Shown piece after piece: positions 57,180-64,000 of a stretch of 64,000 nt of DNA. Position 1 is the first letter of the stretch. Every line of letters starts with the position of its first letter. The translations under genes were made by a program, and so were the position numbers. This stretch comes from Klebsiella pneumoniae (GTDB lineage Bacteria; Desulfobacterota; Binatia; UBA12015), in contig CAMBZJ010000015.1 in assembly GCA_945872365.1 (NCBI GenBank), positions 6,228 to 70,227 of the forward strand, written 5' to 3'. The notes under the pieces are model-generated. The model did no database searches. It was given only the letters and a program-made list of their open reading frames with translations, and had not been told where the DNA came from.

Positions 57180-58870
57180 GCCGTGCGACGCGACTCGCGG
57201 CCCTTCTTGCGCTCACCCTGCTCGGCGGCTGGCTCAGGTTCGCATCGACCGACTTCGGCTTGCCGCAGTTCTACCGGCCGGACGAGCAATGGGTCGTGCC
57301 GCACGCATGGGGCTTCGAGAAGGACCTGAATCCCGGCTTTGGCATCTACCCGGCGGCGCAGATGTACGTCCAGCACGCCGTGCTGCGCGCCTGGGCGCAC
57401 TTGGCCGGTCCGCGCGACAAGCCGTGGCGGAACTACTACGTGATCGGTGGCGAAGCGCGTGCCTACCTGATTGCGCGCCGCACCTCGGCGGCCATGGGCA
57501 CGGCGACGATCCCCGTCGTCTATGCCGCGGCGAACACCGTGTTCGGGCCGGTGGCGGGACTCGCTTCGGCCGCGATCCTCGCCTTCTCCCCGCTGCACGT
57601 GCGCGACTCGAAGTTCGCGACCGTCGACGTCGCCATGACCTTCTGGGTCGCCGTCGCCCTGTGGCTGTCCATGCGGATCGTCCGGAGCGGCGGCTATCTC
57701 GATCACCTCGCCGCCGGTCTCGCCGGTGGCCTCGCCGCCGCGACGAAGTATCCGGCCGCCGTGGCGGCGTTCGCGATCGCGGCGGCCCACCTCGGCACGC
57801 GCCGGCGCGAGGGCCGCTCGATCGTCCGCTCGTTTCGCGACCTCCGGCTCTTCCTCTCGGGATACGGTTTCGTCGTCGCGTTCGCGCTCGCCGCGCCCTA
57901 CTTCTTCCTCGACTGGCGCCAGACCCGCGCCAGCTTCGAGTACCAGCGCGGCGCCTTCGAGAACTCGTCGAATCCCTGGCAGGACGGCTCGGGATGGCCT
58001 TGGCTCCTCGGGCATGCGATCCCCGACGGCTGCGGACCGGAGATTGCGCTGCTCTTCGCCGCCGCGCTCCTGTGGGCGGTGTTCCGGCGGCGAACCGGGG
58101 CGTGGGTCCTGCTCGCCTTCCTCGCCGCCGGGTGCGTCGGCCTCACGCGCAGCGCCACCGTCTACTACCGGTACACGCTGCCGTTGCTGCCCGCGCTCGC
58201 CATCCTCGCGGGCGGTCTCTTCGCCGACCTCGCCGGGAGAATGCGGCGAGCAGGTGAATCCGGCGCGCGCAAGGGCGCTCTCGTCGCCGCATTTGCCCTG
58301 TTGCTCCTGCCTGGTTTCGTGCGCGACCTGCGCTCCAACGCGCTGCTCGCGCGCGAGGACACTCGCACCCTCGCCCGGGCGTGGATCATCGAGCACGTTT
58401 CCAAGGGTGCCAAGGTCGCGACGACCGACCTCCCGAACCCGACCGGCAAACCGTCGCTGGCGGGAACCCATGAACTCGTGAACTTCGAGGGGGTCGAGAA
58501 GGCGCGCCAGGACGCGGTCGAGTGGGTGCTCACCGACACGCTGCCCCAACTCCACTACTTCTCCCGCGGCCCCAAGGCCGAGGAACTCGCCGAACTCGAG
58601 CGCGGCGCTACGCTGGAGTTCGACGTCGATCCGGTCACTCCCGGAGCCGCCGAAGCGGTCTTCGACCGCGCCGACGGCTTCTACTCGCCGCTGCGCAGGA
58701 TCCGGGGCGTGTCCCGCCCCGGGCCGCGGATTCGCATCTGGCGGATCGCGCCGGCGGCCCCGGCGGCCCCGGCCGCCGCGGTCGTGCCGCCCGTCCCGGC
58801 CGGTACAGGCGCGGTCGCGCCGCCGGGTGCGGAGTCGCCGAGCGCGGCGGGATCGATCGCGCCGCCCTGA
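57176..58870 (+). CDS. GT-C fold glycosyltransferase, family 39 / ArnT-PMT-like
   Basis: Polytopic N-terminal half (LLGGWLRFASTDFGLP...RPDEQ acidic-loop motif, 10+ TM). The C-terminal half is soluble, with an Ala/Pro-rich tail. 564 aa. Confidence 0.75.
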   Translation: MSRATRLAALLALTLLGGWLRFASTDFGLPQFYRPDEQWVVPHAWGFEKDLNPGFGIYPAAQMYVQHAVLRAWAHLAGPRDKPWRNYYVIGGEARAYLIARRTSAAMGTATIPVVYAAANTVFGPVAGLASAAILAFSPLHVRDSKFATVDVAMTFWVAVALWLSMRIVRSGGYLDHLAAGLAGGLAAATKYPAAVAAFAIAAAHLGTRRREGRSIVRSFRDLRLFLSGYGFVVAFALAAPYFFLDWRQTRASFEYQRGAFENSSNPWQDGSGWPWLLGHAIPDGCGPEIALLFAAALLWAVFRRRTGAWVLLAFLAAGCVGLTRSATVYYRYTLPLLPALAILAGGLFADLAGRMRRAGESGARKGALVAAFALLLLPGFVRDLRSNALLAREDTRTLARAWIIEHVSKGAKVATTDLPNPTGKPSLAGTHELVNFEGVEKARQDAVEWVLTDTLPQLHYFSRGPKAEELAELERGATLEFDVDPVTPGAAEAVFDRADGFYSPLRRIRGVSRPGPRIRIWRIAPAAPAAPAAAVVPPVPAGTGAVAPPGAESPSAAGSIAPP

Positions 58871-58965
58871 GGCGACGGCTCAGAGCACGAACTTCCGCAG
58901 CGCCATGAGCATCGTGCGCACCGCCGCGGATCCAGCGCGTCCGCGAAGGGACACCGGCCTCGATC

Positions 58966-59000
58966 TCGCCCGCCCGCGATCGGCGACCGCGGGCGGGCGA
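58966..59000. terminator. Strong hairpin between convergent GT39-like and ompA-like genes
   Basis: TCGCCCGCCCGCG-atcggcgac-CGCGGGCGGGCGA: a perfect 13-bp stem, followed on the plus strand by TGGTTT. Confidence 0.55.
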
Positions 59001-59008
59001 TGGTTTCG

Positions 59009-60193
59009 TCACTGCGGGAGCAGCTCCACGCGCCGGTTCTGGGCGCGGCCCGCGGCGGTCTCGTTGGTCGCGACCGGATCCGACTCGCCGTAGCCGCGGG
59101 TCGTCAGGCGCGAGGCCGAGACGCCGCGCGAGATCAGGTAGTTCTTGACGGTCTGGGCGCGGCGCTCCGAGAGGCGCATATTGTAGGAATCGCTGCCGCG
59201 CGAATCCGTGTAGCCGCGGATCTCCACGCTCGCGTCGGGGTTCGCCTTGAGGATTTCGGCGGCCTCGTCGAGCGTCGGCCGGCCCTCGGCCTGCAAGGTC
59301 GCCTTGTCATAGTCGAAGTTCACGCCGCGCAGCACGATCTTCTTGCGCATCGGGGCCGGGGGCGGCGGCGGCGGGAGCGGCGCAGCCACGACCGGCGCCG
59401 GACCGTTCCAGCCGACCTGCAGACCGGCCATGATCATCTGGCGGTCGTTCACGTGGTCGTTGCGGCGGTTGGCGTAGGACTCGTTGCCGTTGCCCGGATA
59501 GGGAGAGAGGAACTGCTCCTCGAAGCGGGCGAAGATGCCGCCGTTCAGGCCGTGCCAGCCGAGGTCGCGCGACACCGAGAGGTGCACGGCGAGGCCCGCG
59601 CCGTCGGAGTCCAGCACGCCCGCGATGTCGCGGAAGTAGGCACCGGTCACCGCCAAGGCGATCTGGGTCGGGCCTTCGATGAGCGAGAGCTTCGGTCCGA
59701 GGCCGATCGAGAACGTGCTCGAGGTCTCCTTGCCGGAGCAGTAGGAGGAGCGGCAGTTGCCGCCGAGATCGGTGCCGCCGATGCTGAACGACGGGTTGGC
59801 GACGATGCCGAGCGCCAGATTGTCGGTCAGGCCCCAGCGGTAGCCGGCCATGAGGCCGACGACGCCCCCGGTGTTGACGTAGTCGTTCCAGTGGCTCGTC
59901 GGGATCGCCGCACCGAAGTACAGGTCGACGTCCGGCGCATCGTAGGCGTAGGCCGAGGCGGGCCGGTCGTAGATCCGGTTTACCGTGTCGCTGCCCCATC
60001 CGCCGGTGGTGCGGGCCGCGCCCGCGCCCGCCCCGTAGGCGGCTCCGCCGGCCGCCGCACCCGCCCCGTAGGCTGAACCCGCCGCCGCGCCGGCCGCGCT
60101 GCCCGCTCCGTAAACCCCTTGGGCCCGTGCGATGGCCGGGGCCAGACCGAAGGCCACCGCCAGGGCGACCACAGCTTTTTTCCGTCCAAACAT
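59009..60193 (-). CDS. OmpA-family outer-membrane protein (beta-barrel + C-terminal OmpA peptidoglycan-binding domain)
   Basis: ATG 60193 follows GAGGGGGAG. Signal peptide ...AIARAQG and an N-terminal (YGAG)-type Gly/Ala repeats. C-terminal LRGVNFDYDKATL...IRGYTDSRGSDSYNMRLSERRA...NRRVEL. Confidence 0.88.
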   Translation of the reverse strand: MFGRKKAVVALAVAFGLAPAIARAQGVYGAGSAAGAAAGSAYGAGAAAGGAAYGAGAGAARTTGGWGSDTVNRIYDRPASAYAYDAPDVDLYFGAAIPTSHWNDYVNTGGVVGLMAGYRWGLTDNLALGIVANPSFSIGGTDLGGNCRSSYCSGKETSSTFSIGLGPKLSLIEGPTQIALAVTGAYFRDIAGVLDSDGAGLAVHLSVSRDLGWHGLNGGIFARFEEQFLSPYPGNGNESYANRRNDHVNDRQMIMAGLQVGWNGPAPVVAAPLPPPPPPAPMRKKIVLRGVNFDYDKATLQAEGRPTLDEAAEILKANPDASVEIRGYTDSRGSDSYNMRLSERRAQTVKNYLISRGVSASRLTTRGYGESDPVATNETAAGRAQNRRVELLPQ

Positions 60194-60534
60194 ACCCAGA
60201 CTCCCCCTCTCTTCGTCCAGTTCACGGCGCGTCTAGGCGCCGGAACGTCGGGCCTTAACTCACGCTTTTCGGCATGACAACGCGCGCTTTTCGGGCCCGA
60301 TGGTTTCGCGGCGGCTCCGCCGGGGGCGGCCGGCACCCTCCCGCCAGCGTCCTCGCTTGATGTCCGACCCCCGGAAATCCATAAGAGCCCCGTGGGGTTT
60401 TCCGGTCGAAGGCCGATCTTGGGACGTGGGCGCCGCGGGTCGGCGGCGGAGGCCTTCGGGCCGGCCGTGCCGGGAGAGCGGGCAGCCCTCGGTCGCCGGT
60501 CCCGGCTACCGCGCCCGACCGGCGGAGCCGCCGG

Positions 60535-62433
60535 GTGAGCCGGCGCACCCGCAGCGAGTCGCGCCGGGAAGCCCGGGACGAGGCCAAGCGCGCGGCCCGG
60601 GAGAACCCGCCCGGAGCGGGCAGGCCCCGGGGTCGGGGTACCCACGACGCCGCCGTCGATCCCCTCTGGTTCGTGGCGGGCACAATCGCGATCGGAGCGC
60701 TGGTCGCCTACCACCGCACCTTCGGCAACCCCTTCGTCTTCGACGATCTCCGCTCGATCCAGGAGAACGCGACGATCCGCGACCTGTCCGGGGGAATCTT
60801 CCACCCGCCGGGCCCCCGGGCCGTCACCAATCGCCCGATCGTGAACGCGAGTTTCGCGCTCAACTACGCGATCGGGGGTCTCGATGTCGTCTCGTTCCAC
60901 GTCCTGAACCTGCTCATCCACCTGGCGGCGGCACTTCTCCTCTTCGGGATCGTGCGCAGGACCCTGGAACTCCCGTCCCTGCGCGCGCGTTTCGCGGCCG
61001 AGGGCGCATGGATCGCCGGCGCGATCGCGCTCTTGTGGCTGGTGCACCCGCTTGCCGGCGAATCGGTCACCTACGTCGTGCAGCGCACCGAGTCCCTGAT
61101 GGGCATGTTCTACTTCCTGGCGCTCTATGGCGCGATCCGCGGGGCGACCGGGGATCGGCCGGCTGCCTGGAACATGGCCTCCCTCGTCGCGCTCGGGCTG
61201 GGACTCGGCTGCAAGGAGCCCATGATCACGGCGCCGCTCGTGGTGCTCGCCTACGACCGCTGCTTCCTCGCGCCGTCTTTCGGCGAGGCGCTGCGCCGTC
61301 GGGCGCCGTTCTACGGCGCGATCGTGGCGCTGGTCGTGCTGGTCGCTGCGACGACGCGCATCTCGAACGCCTTCCGGGGCCTGTTGTTCGGTCACCTGGG
61401 AGGCGGCCGGGCCGCGGACTTCGGCGGGTACCTGCTGACGCAATGCGAAGCCGTCGTCCACTACCTGCGGCTCTCGTTCTGGCCCTCGTCGATCGCGGGC
61501 GACTACGACGACTGGCCGATCAAGCGGTCGATCGGGGAGGCTTGGCCCTCGTTGCTCGCGGTGCTGGCGCTTCTCGGCGCGACCGCGTGGGCTGCCTGGC
61601 ACCGAAGCCGGCTCGCCTTTCTCGGGTTCTTCTTCTTCGTCACGCTCGGCCCGACGTCGCTCTACCCGCTGCGCAACGAGGTCGTTGCGGACCGCCGCAT
61701 GTACCTGCCGCTCGCGGCGCTGGTCGCCATCGTGGTGCTCGGCGGCCGGGCGCTGCTCGAGCGGCTGCTGCCGGGGGAGGAGAGTCGCCCGCGGCGGCAC
61801 GGGATCGCCGCCGCACTCACCCTGGCGATCGCACTCGGGCTGGCCGGCAGGACGGCTCTGCGCAGTCTCGACTTCGCGAGTGGCGAGGACTTCTGGCGCC
61901 GGGTGGTGACGGTGCGACCGCGCGCGCGCCGCGGCCGGATCAACCTCGGCTACTACACGCTGTGGGCCGGCAAGATGGACGAGTCGCTCGGCCATTTCCG
62001 TACCGCCATCGGCAACGATCCCGCCGACAAGCTGGCGCACTTCGGGCTCGCGGGCGCGCTGCAACGGGCCGGTCGCTCCGGGGAGGCGATCGCGGAGTAC
62101 CGTGCCGCGATCGCGATCGATCCGCGCTACGCGAAGGCGCATTACAACCTCTCGCAGTTGCTCGAGGCTAAGGGTGACGCGAAGGGTGCGGAGTGGCACC
62201 TGCGAGTGGCGCGCAACCCGCGCCTCGTGCGTCGACCTGCCAAGCCCGGGCCCGCCCCGCGACCGAAGCCCGCCCCGCGATCGAGGCCGGCGCCCTGGCG
62301 TCCCCCGGCCTTGCTCCCGGCTCCGGCAAAGGGTGCTCCGCCTCCACCGCCGCCCTGGCGGAGGTTCGTCCCGCCCCAGGTGCGCTTCGTGCCCTGGGGT
62401 TGGCGGCCCCCGCTCGACCTTCCCGGCGCGTGA
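60535..62433 (+). CDS. TMTC-like membrane glycosyltransferase: polytopic GT-C-type N-terminal domain + C-terminal TPR repeats + Pro/Trp-rich tail
   Basis: FVFDDLRSIQENATIR and SFHVLNLLIHLAAALLLFGIV are typical of TPR-containing O-mannosyltransferase-like proteins. TPRs include GEAIAEYRAAIAIDPRYAKAHYNLSQLL. GTG start; 632 aa. Confidence 0.7.
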   Translation: MSRRTRSESRREARDEAKRAARENPPGAGRPRGRGTHDAAVDPLWFVAGTIAIGALVAYHRTFGNPFVFDDLRSIQENATIRDLSGGIFHPPGPRAVTNRPIVNASFALNYAIGGLDVVSFHVLNLLIHLAAALLLFGIVRRTLELPSLRARFAAEGAWIAGAIALLWLVHPLAGESVTYVVQRTESLMGMFYFLALYGAIRGATGDRPAAWNMASLVALGLGLGCKEPMITAPLVVLAYDRCFLAPSFGEALRRRAPFYGAIVALVVLVAATTRISNAFRGLLFGHLGGGRAADFGGYLLTQCEAVVHYLRLSFWPSSIAGDYDDWPIKRSIGEAWPSLLAVLALLGATAWAAWHRSRLAFLGFFFFVTLGPTSLYPLRNEVVADRRMYLPLAALVAIVVLGGRALLERLLPGEESRPRRHGIAAALTLAIALGLAGRTALRSLDFASGEDFWRRVVTVRPRARRGRINLGYYTLWAGKMDESLGHFRTAIGNDPADKLAHFGLAGALQRAGRSGEAIAEYRAAIAIDPRYAKAHYNLSQLLEAKGDAKGAEWHLRVARNPRLVRRPAKPGPAPRPKPAPRSRPAPWRPPALLPAPAKGAPPPPPPWRRFVPPQVRFVPWGWRPPLDLPGA

Positions 62434-62439
62434 CGAGGC

Positions 62440-63354
62440 TCAGTCCTCGCCGCCGCCCTCCGGCACGAAGCCCTTCCACCCGGTCGAGCGCGCATGGCGG
62501 GGCAGGGGCCAGGGGGGAGGGGCGTGCGGGTCGTCGTCGTCTCCGCCCGGCATGAGGGCCGAGAGCGGGGAAGCGAGTTTCGCGTTGGGCGCGGCCCCGT
62601 CGACGCGCAACACCGAGCCGGAGATGAATCCGGCCGCGGGCGAGAGCAGGAAGCAGATCGCGGCCGACACCTCGGCCTCGGTGCCGAGCCGTTGCAGGGG
62701 CACCGCGGTGTGCAGCCTCCGCAGGTAGGGCTGCATCCAGTCGGGATACGTGTCCATGCCGGTCGAGGCGATCCACCCGGGGGCGACCGCGTTCACCCGC
62801 ACCCCGCTCGGTGCCCACTCGACCGCCGCCGTTCCGGTCAGGTTCACCATGCCGGCCCGCGCGGCGCCCGAGTGTCCCATGCCCGGCATGCTGCCCCACA
62901 TGTCGGCGACGACGTTCACGATCGCCCCGCCGTGGTCCGTCATCCACTGCAGGAAGCACTCGCGGGAGAACAGGAAGCCGCCGCCCAAATTGTTGCGTAC
63001 GACCGCGTCCCAGCCCTTGCCGCTGATCGCCGCGAGCGGTGCCGCGAATTGACCGCCGGCGTTGTTCACCAGTCCGTCGATGCGCCCGGTCGCCGCGACG
63101 ATCGCGCGGACCGTTTCGCGCACCCGCTCCTCGTCGCGGATGTCGCACGACCAGCCCAGCGCCCGCCCGCCGGCGCGCTCGATTTCCGAGCGCACGGCGT
63201 CGAGCTTCTCCTGTCGTCGCCCGACCAGCACGACGGTCGCGCCGAGACTCGAAAGCTCGTGCGCCGTGCAGCGGCCGATCCCGCTCCCGCCGCCGGTCAC
63301 GACGTGGGTCTGCCCGGCGAAGAGTCCGGGCCGGAAGATCGAATCGAAGGCCAT
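62440..63354 (-). CDS. SDR-family oxidoreductase (enoyl/dienoyl-CoA reductase-like)
   Basis: ATG 63354. VVTGGGSGIGRCTA, NNAG and a catalytic region. It has an unusual acidic/Pro-rich C-terminal tail. 304 aa. Confidence 0.82.
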   Translation of the reverse strand: MAFDSIFRPGLFAGQTHVVTGGGSGIGRCTAHELSSLGATVVLVGRRQEKLDAVRSEIERAGGRALGWSCDIRDEERVRETVRAIVAATGRIDGLVNNAGGQFAAPLAAISGKGWDAVVRNNLGGGFLFSRECFLQWMTDHGGAIVNVVADMWGSMPGMGHSGAARAGMVNLTGTAAVEWAPSGVRVNAVAPGWIASTGMDTYPDWMQPYLRRLHTAVPLQRLGTEAEVSAAICFLLSPAAGFISGSVLRVDGAAPNAKLASPLSALMPGGDDDDPHAPPPWPLPRHARSTGWKGFVPEGGGED

Positions 63355-63492
63355 GTCGGTTCCCTCCCCGCGCCGCGGCGCGTCGCCCTTCCCATAGCGC
63401 GGGTCGGCCCGCCGAGACCAACGACGGGGGGGACGGGCCGTCGTGCCCGCGGCGCGCGCGGCGGTTCCCCTCGCGTACTCAAAGATGACACG

Positions 63493-64000
63493 ATGCCGCG
63501 CATGCGCTTCGGCCTCACCACGCCGGTCGTCACCCTCACGCCCCGCAGTGCGGATCCGTGGGAGGCCGCCGCCGGACCCGAGGAACTGCGACGGGTAGCC
63601 GAAGCCGCCGACCGGCTCGGCTTCCACCATCTCACCTGTAGTGAACACGTCGCGATCCCGACCGCGGCGCTCGGCACCCGCGGGGCGCGCTACTACGATC
63701 CGCTCTCGACGCTCGGTTTCTTCGCGGCGATCACCCGGCGGATCCGCCTCGTCACCCACGTGGTCGTGCTGCCCTACCACCACCCGCTCGAGGTCGCGAA
63801 GAACTACGGCACGCTCGACCGGCTGAGCGGCGGTCGGGTCGTGCTCGGCGTCGGCGTCGGCAGCCTCGAGGAAGAGTTCCGCTTGCTCGGCGTCGACTTC
63901 GCCGGGCGCGGTCCGGTCTACGAGGACGGGCTGCGCGCCCTGCGTGCGGCGCTGGGACGGCGCGAGCCGACCTACGACGGGCCGCACTGGGCGTTCGACG
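63493..64000 (+). CDS. Luciferase-like (LLM class) flavin/F420-dependent oxidoreductase, N-terminal part (3' end outside window)
   Basis: Hand translation from ATG 63493: MPRMRFGLTTPVV...LGFHHLTCSEHVAIP...YDPLSTLGFFAAITRRIRLVTHVVVLPYHHPLEVAKNYGTLDRLSGGRVVLGVGVG. It is not in the ORF track because no stop falls in the window. Confidence 0.8.
   Translation, partial: MPRMRFGLTTPVVTLTPRSADPWEAAAGPEELRRVAEAADRLGFHHLTCSEHVAIPTAALGTRGARYYDPLSTLGFFAAITRRIRLVTHVVVLPYHHPLEVAKNYGTLDRLSGGRVVLGVGVGSLEEEFRLLGVDFAGRGPVYEDGLRALRAALGRREPTYDGPHWAFD

Noticed and set aside
60194-60240. SigmaE-like GAACTG-N16-GTCTGG upstream of the ompA-like gene
   Set aside because: The -10 element would overlap the RBS and start codon, leaving no leader. 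It is probably a chance match.

Overview
Very GC-rich bacterial chromosomal segment (roughly 65-70 % by eye, not computed). It is densely packed: about 56 protein genes and one tRNA-Pro. I recognise no rRNA, CRISPR array, transposase, integrase or phage genes. All family calls come from reading the translations and recalling motifs; no searches were run, and start codons are best guesses.

Content is mostly core housekeeping in classical blocks:
- two tandem acyl-CoA synthetases
- SulP transporter plus beta-carbonic anhydrase
- amtB-glnK-glnA behind a near-consensus sigma-54 promoter
- priA-def-fmt-rsmB
- pilMNOPQ followed by aroC-aroK-aroB, with aroQ nearby
- accB
- larB / ABC1-kinase / larC
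- a LytTR two-component pair
- thiL
- grpE-dnaK-dnaJ
- recO and glyQS
- an OmpA-like porin flanked by two GT-C-type glycosyltransferases

Many neighbouring genes share 4-nt start/stop overlaps (GTGA/ATGA/TTGA), and GTG/TTG starts are common. The high GC produces very long antisense shadow ORFs in the ORF track, which I reject.

Most worth a second look:
1. A membrane-tethered SMC-like ATPase plus Mre11-type phosphoesterase pair (34.4-37.8 kb). It is chained to an orphan solute-binding protein, a LolB-like lipoprotein and a TPR lipoprotein, and it abuts a truncated xdhC remnant.
2. A two-lipoprotein module (28.0-32.0 kb) wedged into the pilQ-aroCKB-aroQ block. It includes a 1105-aa protein with seven tandem ~82-aa Cys-pair repeats.
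3. larB and larC separated by, and translationally coupled to, an ABC1/UbiB-type kinase.
4. A LytS-type histidine kinase interrupted by an in-frame TAG.
5. A jelly-roll protein with a GT39-like enzyme and a TMTC-like TPR glycosyltransferase around the OmpA porin.
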